A DNA stretch of 64,000 nt from an uncultured Chloroflexia bacterium (lineage in GTDB: Bacteria > Chloroflexota > Anaerolineae > Aggregatilineales > Phototrophicaceae), in NCBI GenBank assembly GCA_963772595.1, contig CAVYXZ010000012.1, forward strand, positions 202,191 through 266,190. The letters are read 5' to 3'. The notes under the pieces are model-generated. The model worked only from the letters and a program-made list of their open reading frames with translations, made no database searches and was not told the DNA's origin. How positions within the stretch are numbered: position 1 is the stretch's first letter; each line of letters begins with the position of its first letter. This document shows, one piece after another, positions 19,214 through 29,744 of this stretch. A program made the translations under genes and the position numbers.

Positions 19214-20254
19214 ATGTTTGCACGCACACGCAATCCGCTGCGCGAAAAGATCATCTTAATTACCGGGGCCAACGGCGAGGTCGGGCACGGCCTCATCCGC
19301 CAGTTGAACGACATGCAGGACAAGGCCGAGATCGTCACGCTCGATCTGCGCGGCCTGGACAAGTCGATGCTGCACATGGTCAATCGCGCCATTACCGGTG
19401 ACATTCTCGATACCGAACTCATCAGCCTGCTGCTCAATGAGTACGAGATCGACATCATTGTGCATCTGGCGGCGCTGCTCTCGACGCATTCGGAGTTCAA
19501 CCCGGAGGCGGCGCACCGGGTCAACGTACAGGGGACGATCAACCTGCTCAAGCTGGCGATTGAACAGGGGCGCTCGCGTGGGCAGCCGGTGAAGTTCATC
19601 TATCCCAGTTCGATTGCCGTCTACGGTCTGCCGGATGTCGAGATGAAGAACGCGGCGGGCGCGGTGGATGAGCATCAGTATCTCTACCCGACCACCATGT
19701 ACGGCTGCAACAAGCTCTACTGCGAGCATCTGGGACGCTACTACGCTGAATACTATCAGCAGTTATCGGCAGCGCGCTCGATTGGCGTGGATTTCCGCTG
19801 TGTGCGCTTCCCCGGCCTCATCAGCGCGCAGACTCTGCCGACCGGCGGCACCAGCGATTTCGCGCCGGAGATGCTGCACGCGGCGGCGAAGGGCAAGAGC
19901 TACGACTGCTTCGTGCGCGAGGACGTGCGCATTCCCTTTATGGTCATGCCGGATGCAATCAAGGCGCTGATGACGCTGACCGATGCCCCGCGTGAGGCGC
20001 TGCGCCATTACGTCTACAACGTCAGCAGCTTCAGCCTCTCTGCCGGGGATGTGGCCGCACGCACCCGCGCGCACTTCCCGCAGGCCGAGATCAGCTTCGT
20101 GCCGGATCCGGCGCGGCAGGGGATTGTCGATACCTGGCCGGTGGACGTGGACGATTCGGCAGCGCGCGCGGAATGGGGCTGGCAGCCGGATTACGACCTC
20201 GACCGGGCCTTTGACGAGTATCTGATCCCGCGCATCAGCGAGCAGTATCGCTAA
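19214..20254 (+). CDS. tdh: L-threonine 3-dehydrogenase, NAD-dependent epimerase/dehydratase (extended SDR) type
   Basis: GANGEVGHGL Rossmann motif, YxxxK region …TTMYGCNKLYCE… Sits with kbl. Confidence 0.75.
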   Translation: MFARTRNPLREKIILITGANGEVGHGLIRQLNDMQDKAEIVTLDLRGLDKSMLHMVNRAITGDILDTELISLLLNEYEIDIIVHLAALLSTHSEFNPEAAHRVNVQGTINLLKLAIEQGRSRGQPVKFIYPSSIAVYGLPDVEMKNAAGAVDEHQYLYPTTMYGCNKLYCEHLGRYYAEYYQQLSAARSIGVDFRCVRFPGLISAQTLPTGGTSDFAPEMLHAAAKGKSYDCFVREDVRIPFMVMPDAIKALMTLTDAPREALRHYVYNVSSFSLSAGDVAARTRAHFPQAEISFVPDPARQGIVDTWPVDVDDSAARAEWGWQPDYDLDRAFDEYLIPRISEQYR

Positions 20255-20256
20255 GA

Positions 20257-20350
20257 GAAGTGCTGAGCAACGAGTGCTGAGTCAAATTCAGGTCAGTGAT
20301 CGCGCGGGGTTGTAGGGGGGACCCACGTGTCCTCCCGCCGGGCGAAGACA
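20257..20350 (+). repeat. second copy set of the tdh-flanking repeat (two tandem gaagtgctgagcaa units, cacgtg, cctcccgccgggcgaagaca)
   Basis: Direct comparison with 19105-19185. Confidence 0.5.
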
Positions 20351-20390
20351 TCGCTTCGCCCCTACAGCCTTGCTTTGTTCGGCAGCAGCC

Positions 20391-21150
20391 TCAGCAGCCG
20401 TGATCGTCTACGACGACGGTCAGGCCGCCATCCAATACGGTCAGGTGGCCGCCGTAGAGCGATTCGAGGATCTGGCGAGTATAAACTTCATTCGGTGGGC
20501 CATCGGCGACCAGCCGCTGATGCACGGCCAGCACACGGTCGAAGCGCTGGAAGGCCAGGTTGAGGTCGTGCGTGCTGAGCAGAATGCTGAGTCCGTCCTG
20601 GTGCAATGAGTCCAGACACGGCCATGATGCCATCTTGTGCGCTGGCATCCACGCCACTGAAGGGTTCGTCGAGGATCAGCAGTTGAGCCTCCTGGGCCAG
20701 GGCGCGGGCGATGAACAGCCGCCGCTTTTGCCCGCCGCTCAGGCTGCCGACCGGGCGCTCGGCCAGGTCACTCAGGCCGACGCGAGCAATGGCCTCATCC
20801 ACCACCCGCCACTGCGCCGCCCCCGGCCAGCGCAGCCAACCGATCAACTGGGTGCGGCCCATCATCACCGCATCGCGCAGGGTGACCGGAAAATCCCAGT
20901 TGAGCGTGTCCTGCTGCGGCACATAGCCCAGCGGGCAGCAGGCGACAACCTCGCCCGTGTGCGGCAGCAGGCCCATCAGCGCCTTCATCAGCGAGGACTT
21001 GCCTGCGCCGTTGGGGCCGATCACCGCCAGCATCTCCCCGCTACGGACCTCGAAGCTGACGTTTTCCACGCCAACAATGCCATCATAGCGCACACTCACG
21101 TCGCGGACGGTCAGAAGCGGCTCCTGGGTTTCGGCTTGCCGATTGTTCAT
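20391..21150 (-). CDS. metal-type (ZnuC/MntB-like) ABC transporter ATP-binding protein, orphan, frame change near 20640
   Basis: Walker A GPNGAGKSS, signature LSGGQKRR, Walker B LLILDEP, then …STHDLNLA… in a second frame. No cognate permease or binding protein nearby. Confidence 0.65.
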
Positions 21151-21375
21151 AGCTTATCTGACCTCCAGGGTTCCGGTGAAGGTATTATACGCTCCGGCGT
21201 CGGGCGTTCAAGCCTGTGCCCCTACAGGAATCGACCATGATAGCTGGTCAGCAATGATGTCGATCAATGCAGGGTTAAATAAACTTGCTCCGCCCGTATC
21301 TCTGGGGCGGAATGGCCCACATTCTCACAGCCGTGTCCTTAAGCGGAGCGTGCGACCTGAAAACCATTTTGTTCC

Positions 21376-21981
21376 CTACTCGCCACTGCGCATATCCTTC
21401 AGCAAATCAGGCCGATACACGATCTCTGAAAAGATGGCCTTGCAGCCTTCTCCCGTAGGCGACTGTGTCTCAAAACCGATGCGCAGCTTGTCCACCTGGC
21501 CCAGTGAAAAGAAACGCACCATATGCCAGTACTTGCCGTCCAGCGAGTAATGGAAGCCAAACGCCTCGCCCATCCGCGCCACGCGCAGGTAGACTGTGTT
21601 TCCAGCGATGCTCGTCGAATTGCAGTCGTCTGAGCGCCCGCGTGTCACCACCGACACGATCATCGGCTGCTGCTGGGGGGAATATTCGAAGCACAGTTTG
21701 GCCCACAGATCGTCACGCTCGTAGACCATGAGCACGCCCGCGTCAAAGGTCGCAACGAAATTGACGGTCACACGGGCGCTCAGCAGAAAATTCGCATCGG
21801 GCGGCGTAAACAGCGCAGCCGGGGCATTGCTCGATACCTCATCGCCGGATGGTCTGATAAACCAGTCGCTTTTCACGCCCGCTGTAATACTCAGACTGTT
21901 GTCTGGCTCAACGTTCCAGTCTACAGGATCGTTTTTCCATTGCAGATCGCTGGGGATAGAGGGCAAGGTCAGGGTAGTCAT
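21376..21981 (-). CDS. DUF1349 (concanavalin-A-like lectin/glucanase fold) protein
   Basis: 201 aa. Pattern …WKNDPVDWNVEPDNSLSITAGVKSDWF…AGVLMVYERDDLWAKLCFEYS…. Confidence 0.5.
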   Translation of the reverse strand: MTTLTLPSIPSDLQWKNDPVDWNVEPDNSLSITAGVKSDWFIRPSGDEVSSNAPAALFTPPDANFLLSARVTVNFVATFDAGVLMVYERDDLWAKLCFEYSPQQQPMIVSVVTRGRSDDCNSTSIAGNTVYLRVARMGEAFGFHYSLDGKYWHMVRFFSLGQVDKLRIGFETQSPTGEGCKAIFSEIVYRPDLLKDMRSGE

Positions 21982-22319
21982 TGATATTCTTCCTGTGCAA
22001 ACCTATATTCGGCGAAATAAGAACATGGAGGACTATATCACATTCGTGACGGCGAGTTCTATAGCTCTCGCTTTGGACCCCCACTGACTGGTGGTTGATC
22101 GAGAATCGCCTTCTATGCTATAATGCCGCCTATCCGAGACAGGAGTACATCACATGACCAACACCAATACACCGGGCATCGAGGTGGCCCGCTCTTCTCT
22201 TATGTAGCCCCCCATGGCCGTCGTGGGCCGCCTGTCTGCGCATTATCCCCTTGCAAACATGATACAATGCCAACCTTTGCCTTCAGCCCTGTGGATGCTG
22301 TGTGGAGAATGCACGCCTG

Positions 22320-25114
22320 ATGACCGACCAATATAATCCTAAAGCCATTGAATCCCGCTGGCAGGACCAGTGGGATAAAGACCAACTGTACCATGCCGAA
22401 GTGGACTGGGATAAACCCAAGCACTACGCCGTGACGATGCTGCCCTACCCCAGCGGCGACCTGCACATCGGCCACTGGTTTGCCATGACGCCCAGCGATG
22501 CCCGCGCGCGCTTCAAGCGGATGCAGGGCTTTAACGTGTTGTTCCCGATGGGCTTCGACGCCTTCGGCCTGCCCGCCGAGAACGCCGCCGTCCAGCGCAA
22601 CATTCACCCGGCCAAGTGGACTTACGCCAACATCGAGCGGATGCGCAAGCAGATGCGCAGCATGGGCGCGATGTTCGATTGGCAGCGCGAGACCGTCAGC
22701 TGCGACCCGAAATACTACAAATGGACCGAGTGGTTCTTCAAGCTGTTCTACGAGAACGACCTGGCCTATCGCGGCGAGGCCCTGGTGAACTGGTCGCCGA
22801 CGCTGCAAACCGTGCTGGCGAACGAGCAGGTCATCGACGGCAAGGACGAACGCACCGGTCAGCCCGTCGTGCAGAAGCTGATGACCCAATGGTTCTTCCG
22901 CTACAAGGCCTATGCCGACGAAATGCTGGATTTCAGCGCCATCGACTGGCCGGAGCCGATCAAGATCATGCAGACCAACTGGATTGGCCGCAGCGAAGGC
23001 GCGCACGTCACCTTCAAGACAGAAGTAGGCGATCACCCGATCCTGATCTACACCACCCGGCCCGATACGCTGTGGGGCGCGACCTTCATGGTGCTGGCCC
23101 CGGAACATCCGCTGGTGCAGCAGATCACGACCGACGCGCAGCGCGCGGCGGTGCAGGCCTATGTCGAGCAAACCGCTGCCGCCACCGAGATCGAGCGCAC
23201 ATCAGAGGAGCGCGAGAAAACCGGCGTCTTCACCGGGGCCTATGCCATCAACCCGGTTAACGACGAGCGCGTCCCCATCTGGATTGCCGATTACGTCATG
23301 CTGAGCTACGGCAGCGGCGCGATCATGGCCGTGCCCGCGCACGACGAGCGTGACTTCGCCTTCGCCCGCAAGTTCGGCCTGGGAATATCGCGCCGTGATT
23401 CAGCCGGACGAGGGCGAGACGCTGGACGGCGGCGACGATGGCCGAAGCCTACGTTGGCCCCGGCAAGATGGTCAACAGCGATATGTTCAACGGGACCTAT
23501 CTCCGACGACCAGAAAGGCCGCAAGAACGCGGCCATCAACGCTGTGATCGATTGGCTGGAATGGAAGGCATCGGCAAAGAGGCTGTCAACTACCGCCTGC
23601 GCGACTGGTTGATCAGCCGCCAGCGCTACTGGGGCTGCCCGATCCCGATCATCTACCGCCAGGATGGCACGATGGAAACGGTGCCGGATGAGGACCTGCC
23701 GGTGCTGCTGCCGGAGGATGTCGAGTTTCCGCCGACCGGGCGCAGCCCGCTGTTCACCTACGAACCTTTCCTGAAGACGGTCGATTCCGACGGCAACCCG
23801 GCCCGGCGCGAGACCGATACGATGGACACCTTCATGTGTTCGTCCTGGTACTGGTATCGCTATCTGAGTCCCGGCTACGACAAAGGCCCTTTCGATCCCG
23901 AAGATGCGGCTTACTGGCTGCCGGTGGACACCTATACAGGCGGCGCGGAACACGCCGTCATGCACCTGCTGTATTCGCGCTGGTTCAACAAGGCCATGCG
24001 CGATAGCGGCGTCTTTGACGAGACGGCCAAAATCGCGGCGGCGCACGGGCGCGATGTCGAGACCATGTTTGACGAGCCGATGCTGCAACTGCGCAATCAG
24101 GGCCAGGTGCTGGGCGCGGAACGCATGGGCGACATCATCATGGCGACCGGGCGCTTCGAAGGCGACAAGCTGTTCGCCGATCATGTCGAGGTCATCGCCA
24201 ATCCGGCGGCGGTCCCGGCGGGTTTCGATGGTGTGGTCGGGGAGATCATGCGGCGCACCGAGAACATCCTGCAGGTCATGATGGCCGGGGTCAACCGCGT
24301 GGTCGAGGTCCTGCCAGACGCGACCGTCGAGGTTCCTGACATTCCGGGCACGAACAACGTCAACCAGTTGAAGCAGCACCTGGAAATGCAGCGCATGTCC
24401 AAGAGCAAGGGCAACGTGGTCAACCCGGACGAACTGGTCGATCAGTTCGGCGCGGATACGGTGCGCGCCTACCTGATGTTCGGCTTCGACTGGATCAAGG
24501 GCGGTCCCTGGGACCCGGATGGCATCAAAGGACCGCAGCGTTGGATTCACGATGTCTGGGACATGGTCACGGCGGGCGCGCCCAACGACGGCGCAGGCGA
24601 TCCGGCGGTCAACCGCGATGTCGAGCGCAAGCTGCATCAGGCCATCGCGGGCGTCAGCGACAGTTTCGAGCGCTTCAGCTTTAACACGGCGGTCTCGTCG
24701 CTGATGACGCTGCGCAACCAGATGCAGACCTTCATCAAGGCGGGCACGCTGGGCAAAGCGGCCTGGGACGAGGCCATGAACGTCATGCTGCGCCTGATGG
24801 CCCCGATCACGCCGCACATCGCCGAGGAGTTGTGGGTGAATGTGCTGGGCCAACCCTACAGCATCCACCAGCAGGCCTGGCCGGAGTATGACGCCGAGAA
24901 GGCTAAAGAGGATACCGTCGCGCTGGTGGTCATGGTGAACGGCAAGCCGCGCGGCGACATGCAGGTTGCCCCGGACATCGCCGAGGCCGAGGCGACGGAG
25001 CTGGCGCTGGCGAGTGATGCCGCTCAGCGCTACCTGGATGGCAAGACGCCGAAGAAGGTCATCTTCATCGCCGGACGCGGCGGTCAGGACCCGAAGGTGA
25101 ATATCGTGCTATAG
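22320..25114 (+). CDS. leuS: leucyl-tRNA synthetase, with 4 frame-disrupting indels clustered in 23385-23560
   Basis: HIGH motif region …YPSGDLHIGHWFAMT…, …RLRDWLISRQRYWGCPIP…, KMSKS (…MSKSKGNVV…). Track ORFs 22302-23612, 23350-23547 and 23438-25114. Confidence 0.85.
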
Positions 25115-25139
25115 TCGGATGTCGCAAGTCGATAGTCAA

Positions 25140-25170
25140 GGGCGTGGCGGGATGCTGCGCCCTTTTTGCT
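25140..25170 (+). terminator. rho-independent terminator after leuS (gggcgtggcgggatgctgcgccc + ttttt)
   Basis: Hairpin plus T-run 26 bp after the leuS stop. Duplicated at 26188-26216. Confidence 0.6.
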
Positions 25171-25229
25171 TTATCGGACAGCTTGCCATCACAATAGGTA
25201 TAGTGCTGCCGACATGAGGATGACCCTCT

Positions 25230-26155
25230 ATGAAGAATCGCCTGCTATGCGCCCTCTTGATAATGCTGCTGCTGACATCGACCGGCATTGTGTTCGGCCA
25301 GGATACTGACGACAGCGCGGCGCGTGCCATCGTCCAGCAGGCCATTGACCGCCTGGAAGATGGCTACCGATTCAGCACGGAGCATATCACTGTCCTGCGT
25401 TACCTGGGCGAGAATCCAGTCATGAATGGATACTACAGCGAGCAGCACATCGAGGGGCAGATTGCGGCGAATGGGGATTACGATGCCCATATCGCCCAAA
25501 AGCTAGGTGCGACTGCGGAATCAACGATAGATATTCCGCAGTTTATCTCGGATGTGCTGTCGTATGATGGGGCCGAATACATCAATGTGCTGACTGCGGG
25601 AACTGCCTATGAAGCAAGTCTCCCTGATGTCGAATCCGGCTGGCACAACCGGGATGACCTGCTAAGTGCCCTGGGCGATTCTCTGGAAAAGAAAGTGGTG
25701 GATTATTCTACGACCTTCGAGCGATTAAAAGACATCCCCGATGTCGATAAGGTCTTATCCGTCTTAGAACAGGAACCAGAGACGATTGACGCCGTGGATT
25801 TGCGCGTTTTCGTGTTCACGATAGATCCTCTGGCAGTGCTTGACTTTCAGTCCGATGTCATCGAGATTGAACCGACGTGCAGCAATTTATGGAAGAAACA
25901 GCGTGAACGTCTGTAGCAGAAAGGTGAGCTCCACTACGTCTGAGCTATACATTCTGGATTGGCCAACGGCAGATGGCTTCCTCTACAGGTCTCGAATGGA
26001 ATGGGCGCTATCACTGGTCCTTTCCGTTGAAGGACGCTCAGGAGTGCTTTATGAAGCGGACATCTCATACAAACGACCCGGCAGCGTATTTGGGATCACG
26101 GCAAGGTGGGTAAAATCGACGTACCGGATGAGGTCGCGGCGTTAGTCAAGCAATA
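25230..26155 (+). CDS. secreted hypothetical protein, paralog 1 (C-terminal third degraded, lower GC, 2 frame changes)
   Basis: Signal peptide MKNRLLCALLIMLLLTSTG, then …QDTDDSAARAIVQQAIDRLEDGYRF… Ends …DVPDEVAALVKQ*. Confidence 0.5.
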
Positions 26156-26187
26156 GCGGCTATTTCAGGTAGTAATTGAAGCACGAG

Positions 26188-26216
26188 GGCGTGGCGAGAT
26201 GCTGCGCCCTTTTTGC
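26188..26216 (+). terminator. duplicated copy of the leuS terminator hairpin
   Basis: gggcgtggcgagatgctgcgccc + ttttt. Confidence 0.5.
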
Positions 26217-26275
26217 TTTATCGGACAGCTTGCGATCACAATAGGTATATCGCTGCCGACATGAGGATGACCCCT

Positions 26276-27179
26276 ATGAAAAATCGCCTGCTATTCCCCC
26301 TCTTGATAATGCTGCTGCTGACATCGACCGGCGCTTGTGTTCGGCCAGGATACGGACGACAGCGCGGCGCGTGCCATCGTCCAGCAGGCCATTGACCGCC
26401 TGGAAGATGGCTACCGATTCACCTGGCAGCAGACCACTGACCAGCGCGCCCTGCAAAACGAAGCGATTACCAACGAAGCCTATTCCAGCTACCGTGTCGA
26501 AGGACAGATCGCTGCCAACAGGGATTACGATGTCCAGATCGCTGTGACGTCCGGCACAACTGCGGAGTCAATCCAGGATACGCCGCCGCTTGTGTCAGAA
26601 CTGCTGTCCTACAGCGGGGTCGAGTACCTCACGATGCAGACGGCAGGAACCCGCTATGAAACGACTTTTCCTGATGTGGCCCCAGGTTGGCATAATCGCG
26701 CGGATCTGCTGAGCGCCCTCAGCGATCCCACGCAAAAGGCCGCCGTGGAATACGCTACGACATTCAGACGCTTCAAGGACATCCCGTATACCGATATGAT
26801 CTCATCGGTCGTGGAGCAAGCACCGGAGACGCTTGAGGGGGTGGATATGCGCGTCTTCGAGGTTCAGATGGATGCCCTGGCGATGCTGAAATTGCAGTAC
26901 ACGTCCAAAGAAGGGCAGCAGTTTTTCGAAGAACAGGCGGATGCTCTGGAACAGGGCGAGTCCAGCCTGGGCTATACCTTCTGGATTGGCGCGGAGGATG
27001 GCTTCCTGTACCAGACGGTATTGGACGGACATTATCGCTGGCCCTATCAGGGCGATGGCGTGCCAGCAGGGCTGTATGAGATCGAGATCCTCATGAAGGG
27101 TGAACAGCGTATTTGGGATCACGGCACGGTGGCCGAGATTGACTTGCCCGATGAGGTCGCGGCGTTGGTCAAGCCGTAG
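26276..27179 (+). CDS. secreted hypothetical protein, paralog 2 (frame change in the signal-peptide region)
   Basis: Same N-terminus as paralog 1 (MKNRLLFPLLIMLLLTSTG…QDTDDSAARAIVQQAIDRLEDGYRF…). Ends …DLPDEVAALVKP*. Confidence 0.55.
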
Positions 27180-27260
27180 GACACGAACATCAGCGACTTG
27201 CCAGAAATAGAACATTTGTGGCATAGTGGGGCTATCCGTTCCGAGACGAGGATCAGCCCG

Positions 27261-27681
27261 ATGGCCGAGAACAAGACCAGACAGACCGATGCCAGTGTTA
27301 CGGACTTCTTGAACACAGTCGAAGACGAGACCAAACGCGCCGACAGCTTCGCCCTGCTGGAGCTGATGCAGGAGGTCACCGGCGAACCGGCCAGAATGTG
27401 GGGGACCAGCATCGTCGGCTTCGGCAAGCTATCACTACAAATACGAGAGCGGGCGTGAGGGCGACTGGATGCTGGTCGGCTTCGCACCGCGCAAGCAGAA
27501 CCTGGCGCTGTATATTATGGCGGGCTTCGATGAGTACGAATCCCTGCTAGGTGACCTCGGCAAGCACAAGACCGGCAAGGCCTGCCTGTATATCAAGCGG
27601 CTCTCGGATGTGGATCAGGATATGCTGAAGGAACTCGTGCGGCGTTCTGTCGAGCATATGCGCAGCACGACCGAGGGCTGA
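27261..27681 (+). CDS. DUF1801 (YdhG-like) domain protein, frame change near 27445
   Basis: MAENKTRQTDASVTDFLNTVEDETKRADSFALLELMQEVTGEPARMWGTSIVGFG…LVGFAPRKQNLALYIMAGFDEYESLLGDLGKHKTGKACLYIKRLSDVD. Confidence 0.7.
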
Positions 27682-27772
27682 GCGGACTACCGGCCTTATA
27701 TGGCTGTGCGTGGTCGGCTGAGCTGCGTTACACTCGGCTGAACTTTGTCCACTTACCTATTCGGGAGAGATC

Positions 27773-28747
27773 ATGCAGTACCGCACACTGGGCCGGAGCA
27801 ATCTGAAGGTCTCAGAGATTGGCTTCGGGGCCTGGGCTATCGGCGGCAGTTGGGGACCGCAGAACGAGAGCGACTCAATTGAGGCCCTGCACCGGGCGCT
27901 CGACCTGGGCGTGAACTTTATCGACACGGCGGCAGGTTACGGCGGGGGCCGGAGCGAGCGCATTATCAGCCAGGTCCTCAAAGACCGCAGCGAAACGATC
28001 TACGTTGCCACGAAGACGCCACCGCTGCCCGGTAAGTGGCCGCCCAGCCCCTATGATAACCTCGAAGACCGCTATCCGGCGACTTACCTGCGCGAGAACA
28101 TCGAGGAACGGCTGCGCAATCTAAACACGGACTGCATCGACGTGCTGCAACTGCACAGCTGGACGCGGGCCTGGAACCGGAATCCGCGCGCGCTGGATAC
28201 CTTGAAGGACTTGCAGGCTGAGGGCAAGATCCGCGCGATTGGTATCTCGACGCCCGAACACGATCAAAACAGTCTGGTTGATCTCATGCGGCGCGGTTAT
28301 CTGGATGTGGTGCAGATCATCTACAACATTTTCCAGCAGGAACCGGTCGCCGAGCTGCTGCCGGTCGCGCAGGAGCATAATGTCGGCGTGATCGTGCGGG
28401 TAGCCTTCGACGAAGGCGCACTGACCGGAAAATACAGCGCCGAAAGCAGCTTTGATGCCGATGATTTCCGCAACCGCTACTTCGCGGGTGACCGGCTGGC
28501 GCGCACAGTCGCGCGGGTCGAGAAGATCAAGGCCGATATGGCCGATACCGGGCTGACCATGCCGCAGCTCGCGCTCAAGTTCCCGTTGATGCACCCGGCG
28601 GTGAGTACGGTCATCCCCGGCATCCGCAATGTCTATCAGGCAGAGGCTAACACTGCCGTTTCGGATTTACCGCCGCTCTCTGAAGCGGCACTGCTCAAAT
28701 TACGTGAACACGCCTGGCTGCGTGGCAACTGGTACGGAGGAAAATAA
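27773..28747 (+). CDS. aldo/keto reductase
   Basis: MQYRTLGRSNLKVSEIGFGAWAIGG…FIDTAAGYGGGRSE…. Confidence 0.85.
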   Translation: MQYRTLGRSNLKVSEIGFGAWAIGGSWGPQNESDSIEALHRALDLGVNFIDTAAGYGGGRSERIISQVLKDRSETIYVATKTPPLPGKWPPSPYDNLEDRYPATYLRENIEERLRNLNTDCIDVLQLHSWTRAWNRNPRALDTLKDLQAEGKIRAIGISTPEHDQNSLVDLMRRGYLDVVQIIYNIFQQEPVAELLPVAQEHNVGVIVRVAFDEGALTGKYSAESSFDADDFRNRYFAGDRLARTVARVEKIKADMADTGLTMPQLALKFPLMHPAVSTVIPGIRNVYQAEANTAVSDLPPLSEAALLKLREHAWLRGNWYGGK

Positions 28748-28751
28748 CTTC

Positions 28752-29741
28752 ATGAAAATAGTCGTCGTCGGTGGAACCGGGAATATCAGCGTCAGCATTG
28801 TCGAACTGCTGCTGCAACAGGGGCACGAGGTCACCTGTTTCAACCGGGGGCAGAAGGGGCAGGTGCCGCAGGGTGCGAAGGTTATCCTGGGCGACCGCAA
28901 GAACCGTGCCGAGTTCGAAGCCGCCATGCAGCGCGAGAACTTCGACGTGGCGATTGATATGATCTGCTTCAACAAAGAGGACGCCGAGAGCGATATGCGT
29001 GCCTTCGCCAAGGTGCAGCAGTTGATCCACTGCTCCAGCGTCATGGCCTATGGCAAGCCGGACGTCTGGATGCCTGTGACCGAAGATCACCCGATTCAGC
29101 CGGATGGTCCCTACGGCGCAGGCAAGGCCGAGGCCGATCACGCCTATATGACTGCCTTCCATACCGACAAGTTCCCGGTGACGGTCATCCGACCCTCAAC
29201 CACGCACGGGCCGATCCGGGGCCTCTACCGCCAGGTGAGCCGCGATACGCAGTGGGTGGACCGTGTGCGCAAGGGCAAGCCGCTAACAGTTTGCGGCGAT
29301 GGCCGCCAGATGATCCAGTTTCTGCACGTCAAAGACGCCGCGCCAGGCTTTGTTGGCGTGATCGGCAAGTCACGCTGCATCGGCCAGGTCTACAATCTGG
29401 TAGATTCGACCTTCACCTACTGGGACGTCTTCCACCGCACGGCAATGGAGGTCATCGGCAACGAGGTCGATCTGGTTGGCGTGCCGCTGGAGGATCTGAT
29501 CGCGCTGGGTGTGCCCGCGCTGGGGACCTGCAAGGACGCCTATTCGTATAATAACTTCTTTAGCAGTGAGAAAATCATGCGCGACGTACCCGAATTTCAC
29601 CCGCGCATGACGCTCAAAGAGGCGATGGAGGACATCCTCCCGGCGATGGACGCCGACGGACGCATCGAGAACTCGGACAACGTCACCTGGGAGGACCGGG
29701 TGATTGAGGCGCAGCGTAAAGTGCGGACGATCACGCTTTAG
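28752..29741 (+). CDS. NAD-dependent epimerase/dehydratase family protein
   Basis: MKIVVVGGTGNISVSIVELLLQQGHEV Rossmann N-terminus. Confidence 0.75.
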   Translation: MKIVVVGGTGNISVSIVELLLQQGHEVTCFNRGQKGQVPQGAKVILGDRKNRAEFEAAMQRENFDVAIDMICFNKEDAESDMRAFAKVQQLIHCSSVMAYGKPDVWMPVTEDHPIQPDGPYGAGKAEADHAYMTAFHTDKFPVTVIRPSTTHGPIRGLYRQVSRDTQWVDRVRKGKPLTVCGDGRQMIQFLHVKDAAPGFVGVIGKSRCIGQVYNLVDSTFTYWDVFHRTAMEVIGNEVDLVGVPLEDLIALGVPALGTCKDAYSYNNFFSSEKIMRDVPEFHPRMTLKEAMEDILPAMDADGRIENSDNVTWEDRVIEAQRKVRTITL

Positions 29742-29744
29742 CCT

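Noticed and set aside
22085-22320. Possible T-box leader upstream of leuS (gaggtggcccgctc resembles the T-box core GGGTGGNACCGCG)
   Set aside because: Only a partial match. No specifier-loop or terminator/antiterminator pair could be traced by eye. A sigma-70-like -10 (tataat at about 22130; extended TGaTACAAT at about 22262) is all that is clear.
22200-24868. Long antisense ORFs opposite leuS (22200-23171 minus, 23306-24868 minus), and similar ones opposite other genes (31939-33222 plus, 34068-35366 plus, 36082-36972 plus, 43568-44719 plus, 54777-55538 minus, 57420-58808 minus, 60147-61022 minus, 62364-63140 minus)
   Set aside because: High GC makes stop-free antisense frames common. The products are Arg/Ala/Pro-rich low complexity with no family resemblance, while the opposite strand encodes well-recognised proteins.
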